Assembly (NCBI GenBank): GCA_043798375.1
Contig: JAZDOS010000042.1
Coordinates: forward strand, 5,037-69,036
Direction: 5' to 3'
From: Candidatus Omnitrophota bacterium
GTDB lineage: Bacteria; Omnitrophota; Gorgyraeia; 2-01-FULL-45-10
DNA length: 64,000 bases
Both the position numbers and the translations under genes were made by a program. Each line of letters starts with the position of its first letter. Position 1 is the first letter of the stretch. The notes beneath the pieces were generated by a model. The model had not been told where the DNA came from and ran no database searches. It saw only the letters and a program-made list of their open reading frames with translations. Below, in pieces: positions 23,401 to 31,100 of this stretch.

Positions 23401-26400
23401 CGCACATACCGGACGGAATATTTGAAGGACTGGGAAGGCATGACTCAAACCCAAATATCCCGGATAACCTGCGTATCCTCATACGGAGAGTCTTCGATAA
23501 CAAGGCAAGTATGGGGGAGGCCTTTGACGCCGACGGCGACAGGCTCGGCGTTATTTCAAGCGAAGGCGACTATCTGCAGGGCGACGATATAGCGTGCCTT
23601 ATAGCTCCCGTACTTATAAAGATGAGAAAGGAATTGACCGGCAAAGAACCGGTCGTTATCGTCAATAATCTCTGCAGTGATCAGCTGAAACAAGTTATCA
23701 GGGAGGCGGGCGGTAGGGCGGTTGAATGCAATGTAGGTTTCACTAATGTAAAAGCGAAGATGACCGAGTTAAGAGATCAGGGTAATGAAGCGATCATGGG
23801 CGTGGAGCTTTCCTCACACATTATGATGGATATGAATTTCGACTCGGATGACGCGTTTTTCGCATCGATTGTGCTTATAGGCATATTGAAACAGAAGGCC
23901 CGCGAGCTTAGCGTGACACCGCAGGAGGTAATGGGGCTCATGCGGAAGGAATTAAATGCCAGATATTTTAAGGTAAATCCCATAGGAGAGGGCCGCGTAT
24001 TGATGTTAACAGACGATACGCGCAAAGAGGCGGCCGCGAAAGCAGTGGAAGAATGCAAGAGGAGGATCGGCGATCCAGAGTATCAGTATATATACGAGAA
24101 GAATCCTGATAGGGAGACGGAAGACCTGGAACGGGAAGGCGGGATCAAGATAGATGTAAAAGAGAGAGAGACCGGCGAGCTTATGGGTTGGTTTGTTATA
24201 AGGCCGTCCGGTACCTCGGCGGAGATAGTCGTCACCGCGGAGTCGGTAGTCGGCGTCCATGCCGAATCGGAGGCAAATGCCATTATGAACGCCCATAAGA
24301 TCAAACAGGAGGTGATAGACCTTCTCCGTCCTTATGAGAGATGGGTTAAGGTTGACGAGATACAGCCCTCGGACTTTGGCGCTGTCTTCAAAGCAAGGCT
24401 CGAAGGCAAGGATGTCTCTGAAGTTAGAGCTGTCGAGAGAGCTGATATCTTCAGAAAATCAGTCGGCATGCTGGCTGTGGGGCAGGCAGATGAAACGCCG
24501 CTTACGCCCGGCGCGGATGAAATAATCGCGTCGATTATGGAAGAGGTTGTGGTGCCCGAAGGCATAAGCGAAGCGAGGAACGCGGCGGCGGGAGAGCGAT
24601 TGATGCAGGAAATAAAGGGTAGCCTTCCCGGCGAGCATACGGATAGGATCGCCTCCATATATAATGAAGTGGTAGCGAGGGTTAAAGCGGCGCGTCTCGG
24701 GACCCGCATAGCCGCTCAGGAAACGACCGCGCAGTTTCTCGCAACTCAGGAAGTGAGGGACGTTACGGTTAATGGGGAAACAGGCGCCCTTATTGTGCCG
24801 TCATCCAGCGATTACAAGGACAGGGGCCAGCACGATTCTACTTACATGAAACTAAGGGGCCTGGCCGCGAATGCCTTGGTTAGCGCGCGGAAATTGTTCG
24901 CGCGGCACCAGTATGAGACGGTTTATTCCATGAACCACGGCGCTCTTCCGATCCCGGAGACGTTGAGGCAATTGGCGTCTTATAACAACGTAAGCCCGGA
25001 AAATTACAGGATTCACGATACATTCTTCCCGCAGGTGAATCCGCTGTTCCCGGGAAGCATACAGTACCAGGTTACGGGCGCCCATTACCAGGCGAATGTC
25101 TTTGACATAAAGTATGTTACCGAGGGTAAAGGCCTGCAGTATCTTGTAAAGGTTGACAGGAAGGCGTTTGAGGAGACCGGCAAGGTCGTCGTGGTCGATA
25201 CGATCGTGCAGGAGATGGCGCCCGGCAAATGGGTATACGCCCTGCCCGGCTATATAGATATAGTGGTGAATAAAGGGGCATTGAGATTTAATGATGTTTC
25301 CTATGAATTGAGCCCGCAGGAACTGGAAAAACTCGAAAACGAGACCGGCTTTAAAATAGATATGGATACGAATTTCTATGAGAAACTGCCGGCGAAAGGG
25401 ATGGCGCATCTATTCTACATGTATAACGGCGAGACGCGTGTTGCGCTCAACCCCGAAGTTATGCCCGAAGGTAACCTCAATATAAGGGTAATGTCAGCTG
25501 GCCTTCCGACGATGGCCGAAAAAGAACTTAAAGTAGGCCTCATGGAGATTTACGCGGCCAATCCAGGCATAGTTCAGTCCATGATGTCGCTTCGATATCT
25601 TGAGACAGTTAATGAGAAGATGCCGTTTGCGCCTGCCATGATACAGGCAATTCATCCGAAAGAAACCATCGTGCCGGAATCGATCGATGTCTTGAATAGC
25701 AGCGCTCAAGAAGCGGCCTTATTCTTTGAGGCATTAGAACAAGAGATCGGGCAAGGGAATCCTATAGAATTCTTACCCAATGTGAGATGCGGCAGGAAGA
25801 ACAATCAGACTTGGGGCGTGCCTGTCAGCGTGTCGATGATACTCGAAGGGCTGGGGGCTCGAACTCGGCAGGAAAAAGAGGCGCTTGTCGATAGGCTTAA
25901 GATTGATATCGATGATGTGGTGAGCGAGCTCTGGATAGGCGCGGACATGGAGCATCCGTCAATGGTAAATGTAAAGACAAAGTATTCAGCGCCTGTATAT
26001 GTGCTATTCGGTAATTATCCCGAAGAAACTTTCGGCAAGGATCATTTAGACGCATTCGGCCGGGATTTCGGCTTGTTGATAAAACACCTCAATTCGGCCA
26101 GATACTTATCCGCCCAGAACCATGTATTTACCGAAGGGGTAATACCTTTAAATAAAGAATCGGTTGCGGTGATGGGATTCGCGAGAGATATAGGGCCCCA
26201 GGAATTGGAAGAAGAATTGATCCGGGGAAAAGAAGAATCGCTTAATAGGGTTGTTCTTATGGAGGGAAAACCCTATCTTGTTCCCAAAGGCATGATGCAT
26301 GCCTATGGGCCTGTCAATGTCCTTGAGATAAAGGAACAGAGCCTTGGAAAACCTGATACGGGTATGACCAATTCCATATATGATAGGTTAAGCGTGCCGG

Positions 26401-27605
26401 CAGGACAGAAGACGCCTCCGGCCGAATGGCCAACGATGAGACAGAATAATCCGGCGGAACTTGCAAAGGCTGTTGGCATCGATTCCAGGAGGACCGGAAA
26501 AGACGTATTGACCATGGCCCGCGAGGCATGGCAGAGGGCATTAAACGTTATGGCCGAGAACAATATGCTGAAGGAGGCAAAACCTCAAGATTATGAATCG
26601 CCGGTTATAAACTTACGTCCCCAAGCGATAGGCGGTAAACTGGAAGGCATGATGTTAGAGCCGGGCTTTGTCGTTGAGAGGTTTGAGATCCATGCAGGCC
26701 AGACGATGTTAGCTGAGGAGCTCACGTTCGGCAGGGCGAGCATAATCATGGTGCAGGAAGGCGCGGTGGATTTGACAACAGAAAAAGATGTGCCGATAAC
26801 GACATTGAAAGCCAAAACAGAAGATAGGTACAGGCTTAATCTATCTGCATATCCGTCTTATAAGATTACAGCCGCTCAGGGCCGGAAGGCTATCGTTGAT
26901 GTGATGTATAAACCTCTTCCGGCCGAGGCGCTCGTCAACACGGGCTTTGAGGCAATTCGCGCCAATCTTCCCGCTGTGCGAAGCCAGAAAGTTCATTTGC
27001 TCACGACTTCAAAAGCGTTCCGAAGGGGTGACGTGCGTGACCGCGAACCCGGCTCGTTCAGATATGAAAAGGAGATTTTAAACCGCGTATCCGACGGCAG
27101 GGTGGAATTATCGGAAGTCATAAGCTGTGACGCGGGCGAATTGAAAGAGGCCCTGCAGGGTTTGATGAAGGGCGAAGAAGGCGTCAATTACGTCGTCCAA
27201 CTTACCGAGGGCGAATTTAATTCGATCAAAGACGATAAGGACATAGCGAGGCTTTTGAAAGATACGAGGCTCATGGTTCTTCCCAATGTCAAGCTTGGCG
27301 AAAACCGCGGCATACCGTTCATCAGAGAGATTGAATCGGCCGGTGTAATACTCGGTAATACAAAACCGGAGGATATCCGGGATAAGACGGCTATAGCCGG
27401 ATGGTTGAAGACCGTAATGTCGAAGTTGACCGGCAACAAAGCGATCGACTGGGAGATGCTCGCGACGCTATTGAAGTCGCCGGACCCGGCGATGTCATTC
27501 GCCGACAGGATAAGTATTCTGCTCAAGAACCTGCAGGTCAGGATCCAGCCGCACAAGGCCGATGAAGGCGTGCGTGAAAGGCGGCAGCTCTTGTGGAGCG
27601 TGTAA
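17412..27605 (+). CDS. Giant secreted multidomain protein (3397 aa) with an N-terminal signal peptide, an embedded ManC-like mannose-1-phosphate guanylyltransferase domain, an embedded ManB/PGM-like phosphohexomutase domain, and large novel regions
   Basis: aaggag RBS 8 nt upstream of the ATG. Signal peptide MIFRKTISVFVIFTFLFSNVAFA. Uninterrupted 10.2 kb ORF. Confidence 0.85.
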   Translation: MIFRKTISVFVIFTFLFSNVAFAVPAKSNIELAGNNETVTTPESIVVPRDFGLVKSKFNGNSGKLIVHIQDAHCNYEAQSNIVKILEGLVKNYSFGLVAVEGADGFIDTSWFKAFPDDEVRKEVADYFMKKGEITGPEFLSITTNLPFKLFGAETRSYYIQNLNAFTSSYPLKDETEKYFNSIKAVLNRLKGFIYSEELKVLDTKIQDYESKKLQFNDYIRFLQAIAEKHKINLRSYDNFFRLVSVLIYEKKIDFNITDKERSALIDELSKAVAKDQLQQLVTQSISFKSGKISSAEYYAYLKNLAAANGIDLSKKYPNLYNYIIYNAVYSKIENEKLFQDLKKIEIAVKEKLFANDDQRALEKLSRHIDILLGLINIKLMNGDFDYYQADKSEFTSEYFEDFIKKKVIQFGLAYDVMAPTEAVAQSIPKLEDFYSIAIKRDKALVDNTLDAMKKEKQNIAVLVTGGFHSEGIAKLLEKQGVSYMVVCPSITKDVPSPYIQILTNQRTPLEDILIGTAHAKEGMVAAPSRAQLITMPDSAFKDYVGRLEAGEKLALAIKAAEEEWVDVTVSGAEGAATPVGRVNIEGLVDRLKEDTGASIAGIVNELRHDLHQRCDRLHLSKISIEHLLALLEEKLTSPEFKAITDKFEAEYNERVANRAALEARRKGAAESGRKSPGRDAVAGIGERALRADEFGRYDSNLGANFEASRVETRDEELPGLRVHVHGDINGSFEEGIAAQNDDALLNGGATIPFPRVHPGTYRGSALSREIDGQIEEIAGQIHVSRYIWDSEKIADVSDSIKITKMDKEVVGNHEKAHLDIFAGKGDIFRLWLLYLEYCAIYKKFVDQEDFVDNIQSWVSLLTKWANKGTNDKGDIVKDAENKMPIKEWAVMNGVPLDARPGDFPNCNTIEIRKKIAALQALRIYKRARWALTNIDEKKMRIALTEAYVLAANYGDDELLSNIINLIPAQPGMRKEICGRAILQIAKWYPLWIRKDLFRTASPGTMELLDQWRTESGADHEITPKDVVAVIMAGGGGERMWPLSVTEDPKQITDIIDEKLLVMAVRRVIEHLGRKNVYIQTIPKLKDKIVKLLKDAGLNIPKENIFAEPESADTSGAIGYAAAKLKRLGRGNDVMFACTADHYIDVTSPDFRSAYMHAAKIAKHNQAIGTLGIDPEPIGVSEEYGCIRKGGETFYEGGHVAAKFIEKPKGKDAKDIFKERLPDNSHVWLYNSGMFIGRPDIFLEAFRQVAPVYGEAFDAIADPEATLETEAKAFKQLGENKKKGGFIHSGEPTGFRKGVSVDYVLAQPVSKMETDRIALFMVAGTFKWKDIGSYAMAYAYYKDDYLGTPDKGDASAKTGVYKDADNNIVVNKSSDITPAPYVNFESCSECFVIANDPDARITLKNLTRTIVIYNPTTKSVMVAPISVEGDSIKKLQGRIGARAALKGYVLGNLSGIEPSKKRAVIRGRYDDKTSSIVMEEADQKNNVVEEYLQGNGIIIGSEGCSISVGVGLATIVDMKDVSLDVRQSTADGINISVEKKGPAAASAGTAVSAGITLAHLETPAERIGNTRMMLERLDINHITPAAYAGVYGVSEDIAKTEIGKIYEEDIDRIIKIAAGISRLKIDRSDPAKIAHLDGEIEKLQKTVKDIVLERKSRGTLVPGWIRLVVEGIKDRAEYKESSRVRSETVRLCNTVFAESKENEILQDAARTEKERILKDKELITLSPAICRRDSVRAEDAELELSDTIANILGKSMVMLMLKQTKLTDPSKLKMVVGRESRITGRRILSAYKRGLLDMGANVLDISKTEIDTLEGRQVSEVVSTPLIYFANQLLNPSSATEITASHLPKAANGIKPTIMKRNVTADEMKVWEELTHDIIDGKIKPSGNKGAETSDASVLGYYHLMLSATLAEIINDESNAAGQALVNKWRLGRNDVLNNGKTLKQALDDIKNEVAAYMGSNPLCGMKMEIDPGNGSMGPIAIPLLIGLGAEIPAAPTHIPDGIFEGLGRHDSNPNIPDNLRILIRRVFDNKASMGEAFDADGDRLGVISSEGDYLQGDDIACLIAPVLIKMRKELTGKEPVVIVNNLCSDQLKQVIREAGGRAVECNVGFTNVKAKMTELRDQGNEAIMGVELSSHIMMDMNFDSDDAFFASIVLIGILKQKARELSVTPQEVMGLMRKELNARYFKVNPIGEGRVLMLTDDTRKEAAAKAVEECKRRIGDPEYQYIYEKNPDRETEDLEREGGIKIDVKERETGELMGWFVIRPSGTSAEIVVTAESVVGVHAESEANAIMNAHKIKQEVIDLLRPYERWVKVDEIQPSDFGAVFKARLEGKDVSEVRAVERADIFRKSVGMLAVGQADETPLTPGADEIIASIMEEVVVPEGISEARNAAAGERLMQEIKGSLPGEHTDRIASIYNEVVARVKAARLGTRIAAQETTAQFLATQEVRDVTVNGETGALIVPSSSDYKDRGQHDSTYMKLRGLAANALVSARKLFARHQYETVYSMNHGALPIPETLRQLASYNNVSPENYRIHDTFFPQVNPLFPGSIQYQVTGAHYQANVFDIKYVTEGKGLQYLVKVDRKAFEETGKVVVVDTIVQEMAPGKWVYALPGYIDIVVNKGALRFNDVSYELSPQELEKLENETGFKIDMDTNFYEKLPAKGMAHLFYMYNGETRVALNPEVMPEGNLNIRVMSAGLPTMAEKELKVGLMEIYAANPGIVQSMMSLRYLETVNEKMPFAPAMIQAIHPKETIVPESIDVLNSSAQEAALFFEALEQEIGQGNPIEFLPNVRCGRKNNQTWGVPVSVSMILEGLGARTRQEKEALVDRLKIDIDDVVSELWIGADMEHPSMVNVKTKYSAPVYVLFGNYPEETFGKDHLDAFGRDFGLLIKHLNSARYLSAQNHVFTEGVIPLNKESVAVMGFARDIGPQELEEELIRGKEESLNRVVLMEGKPYLVPKGMMHAYGPVNVLEIKEQSLGKPDTGMTNSIYDRLSVPAGQKTPPAEWPTMRQNNPAELAKAVGIDSRRTGKDVLTMAREAWQRALNVMAENNMLKEAKPQDYESPVINLRPQAIGGKLEGMMLEPGFVVERFEIHAGQTMLAEELTFGRASIIMVQEGAVDLTTEKDVPITTLKAKTEDRYRLNLSAYPSYKITAAQGRKAIVDVMYKPLPAEALVNTGFEAIRANLPAVRSQKVHLLTTSKAFRRGDVRDREPGSFRYEKEILNRVSDGRVELSEVISCDAGELKEALQGLMKGEEGVNYVVQLTEGEFNSIKDDKDIARLLKDTRLMVLPNVKLGENRGIPFIREIESAGVILGNTKPEDIRDKTAIAGWLKTVMSKLTGNKAIDWEMLATLLKSPDPAMSFADRISILLKNLQVRIQPHKADEGVRERRQLLWSV
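20480..21440 (+). other. Mannose-1-phosphate guanylyltransferase (ManC/GMP-like NTP-transferase) domain inside giant protein 2
   Basis: AVIMAGGGGERMWPLS (GGxGxRLWPLS), EPESADTSGAIGYAAA, TADHYIDV, TLGIDPEPIGVSEEYGCIRKG, KFIEKPKGKDAKDIF...WLYNSGMFI, WKDIGSYAMAY. Confidence 0.7.
22630..24300 (+). other. alpha-D-phosphohexomutase (phosphomannomutase/phosphoglucomutase-like) domain inside giant protein 2
   Basis: Active-site serine loop ITASHLPKAANGIK (TASHNP-like), Mg loop FDADGDRLGV, sugar loop GVELSSH, phosphate loop IRPSGTSAEIVV (RPSGTEP-like). Confidence 0.65.
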
Positions 27606-27611
27606 TTATCG

Positions 27612-28135
27612 TTAAACGGTTGCGGTTGCGCGGCTCGCCACGGTTTTCGTTTATCGTAAAACGTTATGGAAGAAAAGAAAACCATCAGAAGTTTTCATGA
27701 TTTGGAAGTTTATCAAATTGCATATCAAGCGATGCTTGACGCATTTAAACATATTTTGCCCAAACTGCCTTCAGAGGAGAAATACGACTTGGTTGATCAG
27801 CTCAGACGTTCGACCAAAGCCATTCCTCGCTTGATAGCAGAAGGGCATTCTAAAAGACATCAGAAAAAAGGCTTTCAAAAATACCTAGATGATGCAATGG
27901 CAGAATCTAACGAAACAATTGTTTCATTGACCCAGGCGAAAGATTTATATTCTTCAGTGATTGATATAAAGATATGCGAAAGTCTAATAGATAATTACGA
28001 TAAGATAAGCAGGCAGTGTTATAAGTTGGGAATTGCTTGGGATAGATTCGGCGATCGTAAATTAATCGACGCAACCGATAGACGATAGACGAAACGAGCA
28101 GCGCAACCGATAGACGAAAGACGTAACCCGATAGG
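27612..28135. mobile_element. Full-length copy of an inverted-repeat element that carries a four-helix-bundle ORF. It is the parent-like member of a 6-copy family; five ORF-less ~100-bp copies lie elsewhere in the window
   Basis: Left arm cggttgcggttgcgcggctcg (27616-27636) is the reverse complement of right arm acgagcagcgcaaccgatag (28094-28113). The AT-rich cargo ORF lies between GC-richer flanks. The short copies keep both arms and the 'gttatg' start context but lack the ORF. Confidence 0.6.
27666..28088 (+). CDS. Four-helix-bundle protein (TIGR02436 / 23S rRNA intervening-sequence protein family, PF05635-like)
   Basis: FHDLEVYQIAYQAMLDAFKHILPKLPSEEKYDLVDQLRRSTKAIPRLIAEGHSKR matches the family hallmark ..FeDLevWqkA..l...iY.lt..fPkeEkygLtsQlrRAavSIpsNIAEG..R. 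Confidence 0.75.
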   Translation: MEEKKTIRSFHDLEVYQIAYQAMLDAFKHILPKLPSEEKYDLVDQLRRSTKAIPRLIAEGHSKRHQKKGFQKYLDDAMAESNETIVSLTQAKDLYSSVIDIKICESLIDNYDKISRQCYKLGIAWDRFGDRKLIDATDRR

Positions 28136-28144
28136 AATTCGACA

Positions 28145-31100
28145 TTGAATAATATTATGCGGAAATACAGAATTATCATCAACACCCTGGCCTGGCTTGT
28201 CATAATAAGCCAGGCCTTTACGCTAAGCCCCGTGTATGCCGACTCGCTCGCCACTCCCAAATTAACCCATCCCGACGCCAATCAGGCCAGAGCCATATCC
28301 AACCTTGCTGAGTTCGAGGTATGCTACGGTGAAAGGCTTTTATATAAGGGTGAAAAGCTTTCGTCCGTTAATTCCGTTTTAAAAAATAGATTTCTGGACA
28401 GGAAAAAAGTTTATTTGAATGAACCGTCTATCCTGGTGCGGGAGAATCTAAAACTCGGTCAAGTTGAATTTATAAGCTACGACAGAGAGAAACAGGCGGG
28501 CGTCTTTAGGTTTAAAGGCAAACCGGACAATTTATATACGGTAGCGCTTATTCCCAGGCAGGGCAAGTACTCGATAACCCTTCATAAGAATTCCTCCGGC
28601 TCGGCATCTCAAAGCCTTGCAAAAACAACTGATAGTCAGGATGAACCCCTCACCGGACACGGGTTCAGCGTGGAGGATGTCAACAAAGTCAAGCTTACGG
28701 CATGGAGCGAATCCGGCGCTTTCAGGAAGGTCATGGATGAGCTCGAAGATATTTTAAAAGCCCGCGCGCCGGATAATCTGAAAGAACTGCTTTTTTATAC
28801 CCTGTCGGCATTTAAAGAAGGCCGTGACGGCCGGCAGCTCGGTTACACGCCCGCCCGCTACAAAGACCCGGCTCATTATTATCTCGGTTTCGGGACATCG
28901 AGATCGATATGCCTCGCCTCCGAATTCCTGGATGAAGAAAGCCCGTTATCGAAATTTGCCGCCGAAGAGCTGTTTCACGAGTTACTGCACGCGGCAATGG
29001 ATATTTCCAAAGACGATTCTTACATCGAGAGCGAGACGGCCAATCATATAACGTCGCTCAGATTGGCCGCGCAATTTTTCTGGGGATTGCCGGAAGAAGA
29101 AGCGCTCTCCCTCTCCCCGAATATGCTCGAGCACCATTCCAGGAACAGCCTCGGCGACGCGATAAGGCTGTGGAAGACGGAACAGCAGGATATACGCGAC
29201 GCCGTCCTCAACAATAAACCGCTTGAATTGAAAAAGATGTTAGTCGACGCGTTAAAGAGAATCGGCAATAATCCGTCGAAACTCTTCGATATTCTCGCCG
29301 TCTGCGATGCCGCGTCGGACGAGATGAAAAGGCATCCGATACAGAGCCGCTATCCTCTGCTTATGGCGGTAACCTTACTGAATAGGAAGCAGAAACTGCA
29401 GCTTGTTAAAGCGGTTAAACAGGGCGGCGATGCTATCGCGGATCTTAAAATAGCGGATTCCGTTCTCCTTATGCTGGAGAAGAAGGTGCGGCCCGATTGG
29501 TTGGGGCACCAGGCGCCCAATCTAAAAGGAAGAACCGTATGGCAGGTTGCCTCGGAGATATGGAATCCCGGCGGAGGGTTAGGGCGCGTAATGCAGTTTG
29601 AGGCCTTTTCTTTCCGCGACATGTTAGGCCAATGCGCGGGCGATGTCCGTCTGAGAACCATAGAACCCCATTACGCGTACGGAAAAGACGGAGTGCCCCT
29701 GGATTACGATAAGATACTCGGCGCTTACGAGGGCAAAGAAGAAAATAGGCTGAAAGAAGTGGATACTTTCGAAGTAACGGTTGGTGACGAGACAGCAATC
29801 GCGGTATGTTCACGCGCCCTCAATCAGCATGGGATCGAAAGTTATATAATTAAGCTCCTCAAGAGGGGCGCAGACGGCAGCCTCTCCCCATATTATACGG
29901 AGGGCATGTATCTTTATCGCGGCGCTGAAGCGCCCGCCGCTGTTCCGATAGAAGATTTTTCCGCGTTCTTCTCTGCCGCCTCGCTTGAGCTTGTCGCGAG
30001 AATTGAGGCAGGGGAAAAAAAGGCTTCCGAGGAAGCCTCATCCTTCTGGAACTATCCGGTCGTATATTTTAATGACGGCCAGCTCGGGCTCGCTCCGTTA
30101 TTCCGCCGGGCGTTCGAACATTTTTCCAATAACCCGATTCTCAAGGAAGCATTAGTCGCTTACAAGACTCACACCTATCCGAACCGGGTCTTTTTCGATG
30201 TGCGCGAGAAGAACGGGGATGAGGGGTATGGCATAAAAGTCCTGAAGCGCTTCGGGATACCGGAAAAATACTGGGAGTATTTTACCCATGTTATCGGTGA
30301 AGAACTGAGCCAGGAGACGAGAGAAGTAGCCGATTTTACATCGGCGGGCCTGCGCTCGGCGGACTGGCAGGCAGGCGTAAGCGCCAAGCAGGCCGACGAC
30401 GTATCGATGTATGACGACTGGGGAAAGTGGAAAGATTTCTTCGAGCTTGTAGCCATAACAAACGGAGATTACCTGCCGATCACCGAATCCCGTTTTGCCG
30501 AGGCCGCCAGGGAAGCGCTCGCGGCCGCCGACATCGAAAGCCTGACCCCCATGCAGGTCTTTGTGGCGAACAGGCGCGCGAAAGAAAACCTGAACGCCTT
30601 TTTGATCAAGCGGCTCGGCGATAAGTATATTTTCGGGATAAGCCCGGACAAACCCGTTCTTTCATATTCCGGAAGGGGTGTTGACGAAAAAGCCGGAAGG
30701 AACAGGGCCCTGTCAAACAGCAACATCATAACTCTGGTGAAGATGGGCGTCCAGGTGGTGATAGGTTTTAATGTCCAGAGCGAGAAACATAACAGGGACG
30801 AGCTGGATAAACTTGCCGAAGAATTGCGCGAGGCAAAAAGCAAAGATCCGGACGGTTACCCCGGCAATTTTATATTTGTCCCCGACAGCGACATAGAAAT
30901 TCAGAGGCTTATCCTTGCCGCTTCAGACGCTCAGGTCCAGGATTCGGATCCGAGGACGGAGGCCGCCGGTTATACGGAATCGAATATAAAAAGGTGCGCC
31001 GGGTTGCAGATAGCGCCGCCCTGGCCCGAGGGAATACTGCAGGCAGGCATCCCCTTTAATTTTAATAAACTCGGAGAAGGGGCTACCATTATTCCGGAAA

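Noticed and set aside
26277-26342. PMI (mannose-6-phosphate isomerase, cupin) domain in giant protein 2, which would complete a ManA-ManB-ManC set
   Set aside because: Only one short motif (LVPKGMMHAYGPVNVLEIKEQSLG resembling lpaGtvHA..G..ilEiq.nSD) supports it. That is too weak for a feature, so it is mentioned only as a possibility that an HMM search should test
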